Positions 37,610 through 49,011 are shown, counted from the stretch's first letter. The stretch: DNA of 64,000 bases from an uncultured Candidatus Saccharibacteria bacterium (GCA_964390845.1 CAYMIL010000003.1:4425-68424); one strand, 5' to 3'. Program-made: numbers and translations. Notes: generated from the sequence alone by a model not told the origin.

Positions 37610-38471
37610 GCTCACTGATACAAAAATACAAGAACTACAATTACAAGCAAACGATATTCGTCAGTCGATTATCAAGATGCTTGTTGAAGCGGGTTCTGGT
37701 CATACTGCCGGCCCCCTTGGTATGGCTGACATTTTTACCGCGCTCTATTTTCATATACTCAAACACGATCCCAAAAAACCAGATTGGCCAGAGCGTGACC
37801 GCGTGGTCCTTTCCAATGGTCACATTTGTCCGGTGCTCTATGCAACAATGGCGCACGCGGGATATTTTCCTGTAAAAGAGCTTTCGACACTGCGAAAGTT
37901 TGGTTCACGTTTGCAAGGACACCCGCATCGAGAATATTTGCCCATGCTTGAGACAAGCTCGGGTCCGCTTGGTTCGGGTCTTTCGCAGGCTGTTGGTATG
38001 GCACTCGCTGATAGGATAGACCGCGGTGTTTCAAGCGACCGCTATGTGTACTGCCTTATGAGCGATGGCGAACTCAACGAAGGTCAGCCGTGGGAAGCGG
38101 CGATGCTTGCCGGTAAAAACAGGTTGCGCAATCTTATTGGCATTATCGACAGAAACAATATTCAGATAGATGGTTTTACCGAAGATGTAATGCCCCTTGA
38201 GCCACTTGCAGATAAATGGCGGTCTTGGAATTGGCACGTTATTGAAATCGATGGACACAATTTTGAGGAAATTGTTGATGCTGTACAGCAAGCAAAAGCG
38301 GTGTTTGAAAAGCCGACGGTTATTATCGCGCACACAATTCCAGGTAAAGGTGTTCCAGAATTTGAGCGAAAGTTTGAATGGCATGGCAAACCACCAAACA
38401 AAGATGAAGCCGACATGGCACTTGCCGCGTTACGCACGCTTGGAGGGAAAATAAAGAGTGAGCATGAATAA
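37602..38471 (+). CDS. tktA: Transketolase, N-terminal subunit
   Basis: RDRVVLSNGH, LQGHP, GPLGSG, DGELNEG. Confidence 0.95.
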   Translation: MSELTDTKIQELQLQANDIRQSIIKMLVEAGSGHTAGPLGMADIFTALYFHILKHDPKKPDWPERDRVVLSNGHICPVLYATMAHAGYFPVKELSTLRKFGSRLQGHPHREYLPMLETSSGPLGSGLSQAVGMALADRIDRGVSSDRYVYCLMSDGELNEGQPWEAAMLAGKNRLRNLIGIIDRNNIQIDGFTEDVMPLEPLADKWRSWNWHVIEIDGHNFEEIVDAVQQAKAVFEKPTVIIAHTIPGKGVPEFERKFEWHGKPPNKDEADMALAALRTLGGKIKSEHE

Positions 38472-39465
38472 TATGACGCACGATACGCTCAACAAAAAAA
38501 TATTTGATACAGATGTCGAGCAGGTGCCTATCCGAAAAGGGTTTGGCGAGGGCTTGCTTATTGCGGGCGCACAGCACGAGGGCGTTGTCGGCTTATGTGC
38601 CGACCTTGTCGAGTCTACGCAGATGCATCTCTTTGCGCAGAAATTTCCAAAGCGTTTTATAGAAATAGGAGTCGCAGAGCAAAACCTCGCATCGGTTGCA
38701 TCTGGTATGGCGGCGATGGGGAAGATTCCATTTATCACATCCTACGCAATGTTTTCTCCGGGCCGAAACTGGGAGCAGATTCGTACAACGATTGCATACA
38801 ATGATCAGCCGGTAAAAATTGCTGGATCGCACGCCGGTATCTCCGTCGGTCCCGACGGTGGTACGCATCAGGCAGTAGAAGACATCGCGCTTATGCGTGT
38901 TATACCACACATGGTAGTCCTTTCTCCGTGCGATGCAATTGAAGCAAAAAAGGCGACAGTCGCCGCGGCGAAAATAAACAAACCTGTATACATACGTCTT
39001 GCTCGAGAGAAAACACCAGTCATTACTACAGAAGATACGCCATTTGAAATTGGTAAGGCACAAACCTTTTTTGCTCCACAGAAAGGAAACGCATCTGTCG
39101 GCATTATCGCAACGGGCGCCCTTGTGCACAAAGCACTTGTTGTTGCGCGCGCGTTTGAGAAGAAAGGGGTTGCTATAAAGGTGATTAATCTTGCGACAAT
39201 AAAACCACTTGATGAAGAGGCCATACGAGCTCTTGCTGAAGAAACGGGTGCAATTGTGACCGTGGAAGAACACCAGATTGCTGGTGGAATGGGAAGTGCT
39301 GTTGCTGAGTGTCTTGCACAGCATCAGCCGGTGCCAATCGAGTTTGTGGGTGTTCGAGATATGTTTGGCCAGTCTGGTACTCCGGCGGAGCTTATTGAGC
39401 ATTACGGCATGGGAGAGTCTGCGATATCAGAGGCTGTTGAGCGTGTGCTGTCTCGTAAACACTAG
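38458..39465 (+). CDS. tktB: Transketolase, C-terminal subunit
   Basis: GVAEQN, DGGTHQ and VEEHQ motifs. Confidence 0.95.
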   Translation: MSMNNMTHDTLNKKIFDTDVEQVPIRKGFGEGLLIAGAQHEGVVGLCADLVESTQMHLFAQKFPKRFIEIGVAEQNLASVASGMAAMGKIPFITSYAMFSPGRNWEQIRTTIAYNDQPVKIAGSHAGISVGPDGGTHQAVEDIALMRVIPHMVVLSPCDAIEAKKATVAAAKINKPVYIRLAREKTPVITTEDTPFEIGKAQTFFAPQKGNASVGIIATGALVHKALVVARAFEKKGVAIKVINLATIKPLDEEAIRALAEETGAIVTVEEHQIAGGMGSAVAECLAQHQPVPIEFVGVRDMFGQSGTPAELIEHYGMGESAISEAVERVLSRKH

Positions 39466-39637
39466 TTTGCATACGTGAGGAAAAAAGACTTGAAGAGTTG
39501 TATTGGTGTGTTAGCATAAAAGTTGGGTCAGTTCTGTTACGTTGCTGACTGGAGGCACCCTATTGTGTCTCGCCACTTTCACAATTTGCGTGGGTGATAG
39601 GACGCCACGCACCATTCCCAGTGTTGGGATGGAGAGT

Positions 39638-40066
39638 ATGCTTATGACTACGGCAGTACTCGTGGAGGAAGCAGAGATCGAGCGGTCGCGGTGCGCGATT
39701 CGTGAGAAGCTCTGCAAGCACGGTCTCGGCCCTGCGGAGGCTGAGGAGGTCATGTCCGAGGCGACCCCGCGTCTTGCGGAGGAGGTCTTCGCCTGGACGG
39801 AGCGTGCCACCAAGCTGATGAAGCGGAGTGTGCGCGACAAGTTCAAGCGGGTTCGGCCTGCACGCATCATGCGCATCACGTTGCGCTGGCTGCGTCTGCT
39901 CAGCACGTCCATCGCCAACGTGGACGCGCTCTACTCCAAGTGCTTGCGGCGTCTCAACCAGCTCAAGCTGGACATCAGCGCTCGCAACGTGACCGAGATG
40001 AGGCGCTTCGCGCGTGGCATCATCGTGGCGCTCAAGATCAAGGAGCGCAAGATGGTTCCCGCGTAG
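39638..40066 (+). CDS. Hypothetical basic protein (C/G-ending codons)
   Basis: In-frame ATGs at 39629, 39638 and 39644 near GGAG; codon bias; terminator at about 40084-40128. Confidence 0.62.
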   Translation: MLMTTAVLVEEAEIERSRCAIREKLCKHGLGPAEAEEVMSEATPRLAEEVFAWTERATKLMKRSVRDKFKRVRPARIMRITLRWLRLLSTSIANVDALYSKCLRRLNQLKLDISARNVTEMRRFARGIIVALKIKERKMVPA

Positions 40067-40128
40067 GGGGCATCGTCACAGTCAGGAAAAAGGGGGTTCG
40101 ACTCGCGTCGAACCCCCTTCCTTTTTTA

Positions 40129-41130
40129 TTAAATTTCCCGAGGAGTGTATTCTTTTGGTGCGTTTTCTAGAAAATGTTCCACCTCTTTTCTGGAGAGTAG
40201 TCCTTTCTGTGCACCGATCTGCTGAACAACAGACATTGAATTAATTGGTCCCCATGATAGCGCCACATCAAGTGGTTTACCGAGGGCGAGTGCCGCCGTA
40301 ACGGTAGAGGCAAACGCATCTCCTGCTCCCGTGCGTTCGTATGGTGGTTTTGGATCGGGATAAGGAGGCATGAACCACGCCGTTGTTCCGTCATATGCGT
40401 ATGCGCCCTTTGGACCGTCGGTAATGCAAATAATTTTTGGCCCGAGACCGTGCATTTGTATAAGGAGTTCTTTGATGCCAGCATGGCTGTCCGCTGGGAT
40501 TCCAAGGATGCGCTTCGATTCTTCAACATTACAGAAGAAAATTTCACAGCGTTTATATAATTCGCGCAATTTCTCCACGCCCAACTTCATCTGAAACGTG
40601 CCGGGCTGGAATGCCAGTTTTATTTCTGGATGCGCGCGAATGTATTCCATAATCTGTGTGTGATATGGGAGAGAGTTTTGGCCAAGTGAGCTTAGGTAGA
40701 GCCAACGAGGAGAACCGATGCGCGGTAGAGAGTATGGATATTCTTGATGCTTTACCAAAATGGTGCGCTCATCTTCAAACCACAGTACATAATGATAGTT
40801 TGTCTGCATGTGTTTGTGGCGGGCAACAAATTTTGTGGAGACCCCTTGTTTTTTTAGTTCAGCAATGCACTCTGCGCCATTTTGATCGCCACCTAGATCC
40901 GTCACAAGCCCCGAAGACAGACCGAGACGTGCGGCGGATACTGCCGCGTTTGCGCTGTTACCAACCGCTTTTACAACTTCTACAAACTCATAGGGAATTT
41001 TTTCAGCAAAGGGCATGCAGAGTTCACATTGCTCGTGGTTGATGTTGCAATGAACGCTCGCCGTATCCAAACGAATAAACGCATCGACAACGGTATCACC
41101 GATTGCCAAGAAATCTATTTTTCTAAACAT
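40129..41130 (-). CDS. PfkB-family carbohydrate kinase
   Basis: GNSANAA, ITDGPKGA and RTGAGDAF motifs. Confidence 0.93.
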   Translation of the reverse strand: MFRKIDFLAIGDTVVDAFIRLDTASVHCNINHEQCELCMPFAEKIPYEFVEVVKAVGNSANAAVSAARLGLSSGLVTDLGGDQNGAECIAELKKQGVSTKFVARHKHMQTNYHYVLWFEDERTILVKHQEYPYSLPRIGSPRWLYLSSLGQNSLPYHTQIMEYIRAHPEIKLAFQPGTFQMKLGVEKLRELYKRCEIFFCNVEESKRILGIPADSHAGIKELLIQMHGLGPKIICITDGPKGAYAYDGTTAWFMPPYPDPKPPYERTGAGDAFASTVTAALALGKPLDVALSWGPINSMSVVQQIGAQKGLLSRKEVEHFLENAPKEYTPREI

Positions 41131-41178
41131 ATGGTTTAGTATATCACGGCACTTTTTGGCTGTGATAGAATAATGTGC

Positions 41179-42048
41179 ATGAAAACATTACGCGAAACGG
41201 TTGCTGACGCGATGAGCAAGGGTGTCGCTGTTGGTCATTTCAATATTTCAAACCTTGAAGCACTGTGGGGTATTTTCAATGCCGCCCGAACACTTGATGT
41301 GCCAGTTATTATCGGTGTCTCTGAGGGTGAGCGGGATTTTATCGGCGTACGGCAGACAGCGGCGTTGGTGCGTAGTATTCGAGAGCAATTTTCATATCCA
41401 ATCTTTCTTAATGCCGATCACACATATTCTATAGAGCGTGTAAAAGAGGCCATTGATGCAGGCTTTGATTCAGTCATTTTTGATGGCGCCAAACTTCCAT
41501 TTGATGAAAATGTGCGTATGGCAAAAGAGTGTGTTGAATATGCCCGAGCATCGGGACGTGATGTGGTTATAGAAGGTGAGCTCGGCTATATCGGCCAGTC
41601 TTCAAAAATCCTCGACGATATTCCAGAAGGAGTAAATCTCAATGACGATATGCTCACAAGTGCAGAAGAGGCCAAAAAGTTTGTTGAAATGACGGGTGTC
41701 GATATGCTTGCGCCAGCAGTCGGCAATATTCACGGCATGCTTCGTGGAGGAAGTGATCCAAAGCTTAACATCGAGCGCATCAAAGAAATTGCTGAGGCAA
41801 CAGGTGTGCCACTTGTGCTTCACGGTGGTTCTGGTAATAGCGCAGAAGATTTTCAGGCGGGTATCGACGCGGGTGTTGGTATCGTGCATATCAATACCGA
41901 ACTACGCGTTGCATATCGCGATGCGCTTAAGCTCGCGCTCCAGGAACATCCCGACGAAGTTGCGCCATATAAAATTCTCAAGGGTGCTGTAGTTGCTGTA
42001 GAAAAAGTGGCGGAAGCAAAACTTAAAACGTTTAATAAGTTGGCGTAA
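41179..42048 (+). CDS. fba: Fructose-bisphosphate aldolase, class II
   Basis: NADH, EGELG, GNIHG, LVLHGGSG. Confidence 0.94.
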   Translation: MKTLRETVADAMSKGVAVGHFNISNLEALWGIFNAARTLDVPVIIGVSEGERDFIGVRQTAALVRSIREQFSYPIFLNADHTYSIERVKEAIDAGFDSVIFDGAKLPFDENVRMAKECVEYARASGRDVVIEGELGYIGQSSKILDDIPEGVNLNDDMLTSAEEAKKFVEMTGVDMLAPAVGNIHGMLRGGSDPKLNIERIKEIAEATGVPLVLHGGSGNSAEDFQAGIDAGVGIVHINTELRVAYRDALKLALQEHPDEVAPYKILKGAVVAVEKVAEAKLKTFNKLA

Positions 42049-42062
42049 TTTGAGCGAGGCAT

Positions 42063-43712
42063 ATGAATCTTAAAGAACAGATCTCGTCGATTATAGAAGG
42101 TGAGTGTGCAGATGATGCAGAAACGCTTACGAAGTATAGCCATGACGCAAGCCTCCTTGAGGTGTGCCCAAAGCTCGTTGTTTTTCCAAAGCACGCGCGA
42201 GACATAGAGGCGCTCACGGCGTTTGTCGCGGACCCTGTCAACAGAGCGAAAGACCCGACGCTGTCGCTTACTGTCCGAGCAGCGGGAAGTTGTATGTCCG
42301 GTGGTTCACTCAACGAATCAATTATTGCGGATGTATCAAAGTATATGGGAGGAATTGTTGGTTTTGAGGGTGAGAGTGCGCGTGTACTTCCCGGCACATT
42401 TTACCGAGACTTTGAGCCAGAAACTTTGAAACGGGGTCTCATTTTGCCCTGTTTCACTGCGTCTAAAAATTTGTGCGCACTTGGTGGAATGATCGGTAAC
42501 AATGCTGCTGGAGAAAAAACACTTCGCTATGGAAAGATGGAACATTTCGTGCAGGAATTACGCGTTGTGTTTGCCGATGGTAAGGAGTACGAGGTGCGAC
42601 CACTTACGCGTGCAGAGCTTGATGCAAAAATGGCGCAAGGGGATTTTGAAGGAAATCTCTACAAAGAAATATTTGAACTCGTGACAACGCACGCAGAAAA
42701 ACTTCGTTCTGCAAAACCACGTGTGTCAAAAAATTCTGCGGGCTACTATTTGTGGAATGTGTGGGATGAAAAGACGGGCGTGTTTGATCTTACGAAGCTT
42801 ATCGTTGGATCGCAGGGAACGCTCGGTATCGTGACGGAAGCAAAACTTCGCCTCGTTCCCGTTGAAAAGACATCAAAGTTATTTGTTGTATTTTTAAGAG
42901 ACCTATCTCGCCTTGGCGACTTGGTAAAGGAGTGCCTCGAACTCAACCCTGAAACAGTTGAATCGTACGATGACAGTACGATGAAGCTCGCGGTACGTTT
43001 TTTGCCAGAAATGCTTCGCACAATGAAGACGGGCAACTTCTTTCGTCTGATGTTGAGTTTTATTCCGGAAGCATTCATGATGCTCACGGGCGGTATTCCA
43101 AAGCTTATTTTGCTCGTAGAGTTTTCGGGCAATGACGAGCGCGCGATTGATGAGCGCATGAAAGCGCTTCGAGCAAAAATCGCGCACTTTGGTTTTGCGA
43201 TGCGTGCAACAAAATCAGCACGTGAATCTGAAAAATATTGGACAATCCGCCGCGAGAGTTTCAATCTTCTTCGCAAACACGTGCACGGTATGCGTACTGC
43301 GCCATTTGTTGATGATGTCGTGGTGCGCCCGGAATTTCTGCCCGAATTTCTCCCAAAGATGCGCGCAATCCTCGACAAACACAACCTCATCTACACAATC
43401 GCCGGCCACGCGGGCAACGGCAATTTTCACATCATTCCGCTGATGGACATGACGAAAGAGGAAAATCGAGCCCTCATCCCTGTTGTATCTGAAGAAATCT
43501 TTGATCTGGTGAAATCATTTGACGGCTCATTTACCGGCGAGCACAACGACGGCATTATTCGTACACCATATCTTCCAAAAATGTTTGCGCCGGATATCAT
43601 TGAGCTCTTTGAGCGCACCAAGCATATCTTTGATCCACTCACACTCTTTAATCCTGGCAAAAAGGTGGGGGGTAGTATTGAATACATGGTTTCTCACCTC
43701 GCTCGTAACTAA
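42063..43712 (+). CDS. FAD-binding oxidoreductase (GlcD / D-lactate dehydrogenase-like)
   Basis: GGMIGNNA, GSQGTLG, GHAGNGNFH, GEHNDG and NPGK motifs. Confidence 0.9.
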   Translation: MNLKEQISSIIEGECADDAETLTKYSHDASLLEVCPKLVVFPKHARDIEALTAFVADPVNRAKDPTLSLTVRAAGSCMSGGSLNESIIADVSKYMGGIVGFEGESARVLPGTFYRDFEPETLKRGLILPCFTASKNLCALGGMIGNNAAGEKTLRYGKMEHFVQELRVVFADGKEYEVRPLTRAELDAKMAQGDFEGNLYKEIFELVTTHAEKLRSAKPRVSKNSAGYYLWNVWDEKTGVFDLTKLIVGSQGTLGIVTEAKLRLVPVEKTSKLFVVFLRDLSRLGDLVKECLELNPETVESYDDSTMKLAVRFLPEMLRTMKTGNFFRLMLSFIPEAFMMLTGGIPKLILLVEFSGNDERAIDERMKALRAKIAHFGFAMRATKSARESEKYWTIRRESFNLLRKHVHGMRTAPFVDDVVVRPEFLPEFLPKMRAILDKHNLIYTIAGHAGNGNFHIIPLMDMTKEENRALIPVVSEEIFDLVKSFDGSFTGEHNDGIIRTPYLPKMFAPDIIELFERTKHIFDPLTLFNPGKKVGGSIEYMVSHLARN

Positions 43713-43771
43713 TTTCGCCAGAAAGGGGCTCAAGCTATTGATTTTTTCAAGCTCATATATATAATGGTGAA

Positions 43772-44428
43772 ATGCTTAGTTTAAACGTAGAAAACCGAAC
43801 AACGTCAGATAATCTGGCACACCTCCGAAAAAATGGCTTTATTCCTGCTGTTTTTTACGGAAAAAAGGAGGAATCAACTCCAATTTCTATCAAGTTTGCT
43901 GACTTCCTTAAGGTATGGAAGAAGGCTGGAGAGTCATCTGTCGTTACACTAAAGCGACAAGGTGGCGAAGATCTTGAGGCGCTCATTCACGATGTTGACC
44001 TCGATCCAGTTACCGACGCTCCTCGTCACGCAGATTTCTATGTCTTCGAGAAAGGGCATAAAATCAAAGTTGATATCCCTATCGAATTCGTTGGTGTTGC
44101 ACCAGCGGCGAAAGATTTGGGCGGTATTCTCGTCAAAGTTATGCGAGAAGTAAAGATTGAGGCAATGCCTAAGGATCTCCCTCATGAGATTAAGGTTGAT
44201 GTCTCTTCACTCACTACATTCGACAGTCAAATTCTCGCAAAAGATATCGTTCTTCCAGCAGGTGTTACTCTCGTAGAGTCTCCAGAAGAAGTGGTAGCGC
44301 TCGTATCCGAGGCAAAAGAAGAGTCCGAAGAGCCAGCGGCTCCAGTTGACCTCTCTGCTATTGAGGTAGAAAAGAAAGGAAAGAAAGAGGAGGAGGGTGC
44401 AGCAGAAGGCGAAGCAAAGCCAGAGTAA
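43772..44428 (+). CDS. rplY: 50S ribosomal protein bL25/Ctc
   Basis: IPAVFYG and HADFY motifs; long Ctc form. Confidence 0.95.
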   Translation: MLSLNVENRTTSDNLAHLRKNGFIPAVFYGKKEESTPISIKFADFLKVWKKAGESSVVTLKRQGGEDLEALIHDVDLDPVTDAPRHADFYVFEKGHKIKVDIPIEFVGVAPAAKDLGGILVKVMREVKIEAMPKDLPHEIKVDVSSLTTFDSQILAKDIVLPAGVTLVESPEEVVALVSEAKEESEEPAAPVDLSAIEVEKKGKKEEEGAAEGEAKPE

Positions 44429-44472
44429 TACGGTCTGCGGGTTGGTGCGGTATGTGGTCGGTAGTTCTATAT

Positions 44473-45873
44473 ATGCGCATAGTTAACATCCCAGTCTTCA
44501 TACTAGTCCTAAGTACGCTCCTCGTGAGCGTATACAAAATCACCTTGCCGGGTGATTTTGTTTTTGCCGCTGATTCGGCATGTACTGACCAGACAGATGG
44601 TAAAAGCCGTTCACAGCTTGAGCAAGAGCTCGCCGCGTGTGAGGCGGAAATGGCACAATGGACACAACAGCTCAATCAGGCACGTTCTATGAGTGCGGGT
44701 TTCAAAACAGATATCAATGTTCTCACGGCAAAAATTAATGCCGCGAAGGCAAATATTAATGGGAAAAATATCGCCATTAACAACCTCACAAAAGACATTA
44801 CGGTAAAGCAGTCGGAGATTGCAAAACTTGATTCTCGTCTTGAGCGCGGTCGAGAAGTCCTTGCTGAAATCCTCCGAAAGACAAATGTAATCACATCAGC
44901 ATCGCTTGTTGAGACAATGCTTTCAAACAAAGATCTCTCAGACTTTTTTGCAGATGTAGATGCATACTCTTCCACGGAGCGAGAACTGTCTGATTTGTTC
45001 AATGAATTGCGCCAAACTCGAAGTGTCGCCGATTCTGAGCGTGCTATTCTCGATAAAAAACGAGAACAAGAGGCCTCTGCACGAGCAGCTCTTGAGGCGT
45101 CAAAAAAAGAGGTAGAAGTTGATCAGGCAGAAAAACAGCGCCTGCTTGCTATAAGTCAGAAAAACGAAAAGACGTATGCGCAGGAGGTTGCGGAGCGTCA
45201 GGCAAAGGCAGCTCAGATTAAGGCTGTGCTGTTCCCATTGCGAGACTCTGCGGCGATTCCATTTGGTACCGCACTTCAGTATGCGCAGGAGGCGAGTGCA
45301 AAAACAGGTGTTCATGCGGCACTTATCCTCGCCATCCTTCAGCAAGAGTCTAACCTTGGTGCAAACGTTGGTTCGTGTGTGATCACCGATCTCGGATCTG
45401 GTCAGACACGAAGCGTCAATTCTGGCCTCGTCTATTCAAACGGTATTCATCCAACTCGAGATTTACCTCCGCTAAAAACATTGCTTGCCGAGCTTGGCCG
45501 CGACCCTCTTCAAACACGGGTATCGTGTCCGATTGCTGGCGTTGCCGGCTATGGTGGTGCGATGGGACCAGCTCAGTTTATCCCTTCAACATGGAATATC
45601 ATCAAGGGCACAGTAGCATCATTTCTTGGAAAATCCGTACCAGATCCTTGGAACCCAGCAGATGCTATTATGGCTTCGGCAACCTTGCTTCGAGACCTTG
45701 TGGGCACGACGGGAGACCGCTATACCGACGACAGAACGGCGGCATGTCGATACTATTCTGGGCGTACCTGCTATGTGGGAGGAAAGGCTGGTCCAGGCCT
45801 CAGTTATGGTACTCAGGTTATGAACCGAGTAGCGGCTATCCAGCGTGATATCGACTTTTTGCGGGATAACTAG
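44473..45873 (+). CDS. Exported coiled-coil protein with lytic murein transglycosylase domain
   Basis: Signal/TM, long coiled coil, [10 protein letters not shown] and [13 protein letters not shown]. Confidence 0.88.
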   Translation: MRIVNIPVFILVLSTLLVSVYKITLPGDFVFAADSACTDQTDGKSRSQLEQELAACEAEMAQWTQQLNQARSMSAGFKTDINVLTAKINAAKANINGKNIAINNLTKDITVKQSEIAKLDSRLERGREVLAEILRKTNVITSASLVETMLSNKDLSDFFADVDAYSSTERELSDLFNELRQTRSVADSERAILDKKREQEASARAALEASKKEVEVDQAEKQRLLAISQKNEKTYAQEVAERQAKAAQIKAVLFPLRDSAAIPFGTALQYAQEASAKTGVHAALILAILQQESNLGANVGSCVITDLGSGQTRSVNSGLVYSNGIHPTRDLPPLKTLLAELGRDPLQTRVSCPIAGVAGYGGAMGPAQFIPSTWNIIKGTVASFLGKSVPDPWNPADAIMASATLLRDLVGTTGDRYTDDRTAACRYYSGRTCYVGGKAGPGLSYGTQVMNRVAAIQRDIDFLRDN

Positions 45874-45917
45874 TCTTGTATTTGCATAAAACCCCTTTTA
45901 CTGCTATAGTATCGCCC

Positions 45918-46169
45918 ATGAAGAAAGAAATACATCCTGAATATTTCCCACAAGCAACCGTCGTGTGCGCGTGTGGAAATACCTTTACCCTCGGCTCAAC
46001 AAAAGAGAAAATCGAGGTTGAAATTTGTAGCGCCTGCCATCCGTTCTACACTGGAGCAGAGAAGGTGCTTGATACTGCAGGACGAGTAGAGAAATTCAAG
46101 TCTCGACAGACAAAGTCTGCGGCTCTCCCAAAGAAAACAAAGAAGGCGAAAGCTTCGAAAGAAGAGTAA
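45918..46169 (+). CDS. rpmE: 50S ribosomal protein bL31 (Zn type)
   Basis: [23 protein letters not shown]. Confidence 0.97.
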   Translation: MKKEIHPEYFPQATVVCACGNTFTLGSTKEKIEVEICSACHPFYTGAEKVLDTAGRVEKFKSRQTKSAALPKKTKKAKASKEE

Positions 46170-46181
46170 CTTTCACCCGCC

Positions 46182-47144
46182 TTGGATATTGAGAAGTACA
46201 AACAAAATCCCAAGACAAGCTATCTCGCGGATCACTACCTGAACCTCCTTAAGGAAGAAGAACACACTAAAGCTCTGTCTGCGTCTGACCCTGCGATGCA
46301 GGAGCTTGCTCTCGATGAGCTTAAAAATCTTTCAGCTCAAAAAGAAGCCGTCCTTAAACAGATGGACGACATTTTGACTGCTGAAAAAGAAGAGGACGAG
46401 TTTCCCAATGAGATTATTCTTGAAGTACGTGCTGGCGCTGGTGGCGACGAGGCATCTCTTTTTGCTCGGGAGCTTGCTGAAATGTATGAAAAATATGCTG
46501 AGCGTCGAGGGTGGAGTTTTAAAAAAATAGATGAATCCCAGAATGCGCTCGGAGGCTACAAAGAAGCTTCTTTTGAGGTGCGAGGGCAGGATGTATACAA
46601 AGATTTACGATTTGAAACAGGTGTTCACCGTATCCAGCGTATCCCAGCAACGGAGAAAATGGGGCGAGTGCACACGTCGACCGCGTCGCTGGCTATTATG
46701 CCAATGCGAAAGAAGGTTCATGTCGAAATCAACCCCGCCGACCTTGAAATCGAGTTTTCTCGATCTGGAGGTGCGGGCGGACAGAACGTCAACAAAGTGG
46801 AAACTGCTGTGCGTATTATTCACAAACCGACAGGTATCGATGTGCGCTCAACTGCCGAGCGAAGTCAGCTCAAAAATCGAGAAAAAGCGATGAGTATTCT
46901 TTCGGCAAAGCTTGAAATGCTCGCCGAAGAAGAGGCAGCAAAGAAGCTTTCAGCAAACCGCAAGGACCAGATCGGCACAGCAGACCGTTCCGAGAAGATT
47001 CGTACCTACAATATCTTGCAGGACCGTGTGACAGACCACCGTATCAAGGAGTCATGGCACAATATTGAGCAAATTTTCCTTGGAAACCTCGATCCCATCA
47101 TCGACGCCATCAGGGCACGTGAGGCAGGGGAGGTATCCGTTTAA
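46182..47144 (+). CDS. prfA: Peptide chain release factor 1
   Basis: GGDEA, PAT (PxT), GGQ and IRTYN motifs. Confidence 0.96.
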   Translation: MDIEKYKQNPKTSYLADHYLNLLKEEEHTKALSASDPAMQELALDELKNLSAQKEAVLKQMDDILTAEKEEDEFPNEIILEVRAGAGGDEASLFARELAEMYEKYAERRGWSFKKIDESQNALGGYKEASFEVRGQDVYKDLRFETGVHRIQRIPATEKMGRVHTSTASLAIMPMRKKVHVEINPADLEIEFSRSGGAGGQNVNKVETAVRIIHKPTGIDVRSTAERSQLKNREKAMSILSAKLEMLAEEEAAKKLSANRKDQIGTADRSEKIRTYNILQDRVTDHRIKESWHNIEQIFLGNLDPIIDAIRAREAGEVSV

Positions 47145-47191
47145 GCCATTGCGCTGTCACCCATAATCTGATAGACTCTCACATTGTATCT

Positions 47192-47899
47192 ATGCAAGCA
47201 CAGAATATGTCAAAAAACACGATAGAAAGTCTCTTTAAAGCAGGAGCGCATTTTGCCTATACAAAAGCACGACGACACCCGTCTGCTAAACCGTTTATCT
47301 TCGGTGTAAAGAACCGAGTTGAGATTTTTGATCTCGAAAAGACAAGCGAACAGCTTGAGAAGGCAAAGCAGTTTGTGCAGTCTATTGCCGCTACAGGAGG
47401 TTCAATCCTTTTTGTGGGCGGAAAGAGTGAGGCTCGAGAAGCGATTCGAAATGCCGCTCAGTCACTTGGTATGCCGTTTGTCGCAAGCCGATGGATTGGT
47501 GGAACTCTCACTAATTTCCCAGAGATTCGAAAGCGCGTTACAAAGCTCGAACAGCTTCTTTCTCAGAAAGAAAAAGGTGAGCTTGTGAAGTACACAAAGA
47601 AGGAGCGTCTTCTTATCGACCGAGAAATCGTTCGACTTCAGGAAAACTTCTCAGGACTCGTGCCGATGAAGGAATTTCCAAAGGCTATGTTTGTTGTGGA
47701 TCTCAAGCGAGAGCACATTGCAGTAAAAGAAGCTCAGGCTCACAATATCCCTATCATCAGCCTTTCTGGTTCTGATTGTAATCTTGGTGAGGTAGAGTAC
47801 GCGATTCCAGGCAATGATGCGTCAATGCAGAGCATCGCGTATGTTGTAGGACAAATCGCTACTGCGTACAAAGAAGGAGCATCTTCAAAGAAGCAGTAA
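47192..47899 (+). CDS. rpsB: 30S ribosomal protein uS2
   Basis: AGAHF, RWIGGTLTNF and IPGND motifs. Confidence 0.97.
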   Translation: MQAQNMSKNTIESLFKAGAHFAYTKARRHPSAKPFIFGVKNRVEIFDLEKTSEQLEKAKQFVQSIAATGGSILFVGGKSEAREAIRNAAQSLGMPFVASRWIGGTLTNFPEIRKRVTKLEQLLSQKEKGELVKYTKKERLLIDREIVRLQENFSGLVPMKEFPKAMFVVDLKREHIAVKEAQAHNIPIISLSGSDCNLGEVEYAIPGNDASMQSIAYVVGQIATAYKEGASSKKQ

Positions 47900-47941
47900 G
47901 CGGACACTGTTGGTTTATTAGTTTTTATTCTTTCACACATC

Positions 47942-48532
47942 ATGGATATCACTACGAATCAGATTAAAGATTTACGAGATAAGACAGGTGTCTCTGTGAT
48001 GCAGTGTAAGAAGGCCCTCGAAGAGGCGGGTGGAGATACAGAAAAGGCGCTCATGATTCTTCAGAAGAATAGTAAAGCGACTGCTCTCAAAAAACTCGAC
48101 CGAACACTTGGTTCGGGCGTGGTGCAGGCATACATCCACTCTACAGGCACAGTTGGCTCTATGGTTGAGCTTCTCTGCGAAACTGATTTCGTAGCAAAGA
48201 ATGAGGATTTCAAGGTTCTTGCGTATGATGTTGCACTTCATATCGCGGCCGCTGATCCTCAGTATCTCTCTCGAGAGCATGTGCCCGCTGAGGATGTACA
48301 GCGTGCAACAGAGATGTTTCAGGCTGACATCGAAGGAAAGCCTGAAGATTTGAAGGCAAAGATTCTTGAAGGAAAGCTTTCTGCATATTTTGCAGAGCGT
48401 TCTCTTCTCGATCAGCCGTTCGTGAAGAATCCAGACCTTACCATTCGCAACCTCGTCGAAGGTGCAGTTCAGAAGTTCGGAGAGAAAACTGAGATCGGCA
48501 GATTTGCTCGATTCTCTGTTCTTCAAAAATAA
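47942..48532 (+). CDS. tsf: Elongation factor Ts (short form)
   Basis: LRDKTG..CKKAL, CETDFVA. Confidence 0.97.
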   Translation: MDITTNQIKDLRDKTGVSVMQCKKALEEAGGDTEKALMILQKNSKATALKKLDRTLGSGVVQAYIHSTGTVGSMVELLCETDFVAKNEDFKVLAYDVALHIAAADPQYLSREHVPAEDVQRATEMFQADIEGKPEDLKAKILEGKLSAYFAERSLLDQPFVKNPDLTIRNLVEGAVQKFGEKTEIGRFARFSVLQK

Positions 48533-48538
48533 ACACGT

Positions 48539-48934
48539 ATGACTCTTTCATTGTTTGCCGTATCGCTCGCGATGTGTGCACTCATGATTGCAACGCGACT
48601 CGCTGAGCTTAAACGACAGAAGACGTTTGCTCCGACAGAGTTTATCAACCGTTGGAACACAGATGTTGAGGCGTATCTTGCCAAGGCGAAAGCGTTTGCG
48701 CTTAAAGCAAAGCAGGAGGGTGTGTTTTTTGTAACGCACTACGTTCCATTTTATGCATGGAATCAGGCTCGACACCTGACTTCTGGTTTGCGCCGACATT
48801 ATGATAAGATTGAGCGTACGGTTCGGGGTCGAAATATGATTCGACAGACCGGCGAAGCGTCTGAGTTTATCAAACACATCGCGCGGCACAAAGAGTCTCT
48901 TTCGGCTACAGTGCAGGAAGAGCGAGTAGAGTAA
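48539..48934 (+). CDS. Hypothetical protein with N-terminal membrane anchor
   Basis: Fills the gap between tsf and tRNA-Thr, co-oriented. Confidence 0.7.
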   Translation: MTLSLFAVSLAMCALMIATRLAELKRQKTFAPTEFINRWNTDVEAYLAKAKAFALKAKQEGVFFVTHYVPFYAWNQARHLTSGLRRHYDKIERTVRGRNMIRQTGEASEFIKHIARHKESLSATVQEERVE

Positions 48935-48938
48935 CAAC

Positions 48939-49011
48939 GCCACCTTAGCTCAGTTGGTAGAGCAGCTGTTTTGTAAACAGCAGGTCGTCAGTTCAAGCCT
49001 GACAGGTGGCT
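48939..49011 (+). tRNA. tRNA-Thr(TGT), CCA not encoded
   Basis: GCCACCT/AGGTGGC acceptor; GCTGT-TTTGTAA-ACAGC anticodon arm. Confidence 0.95.
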
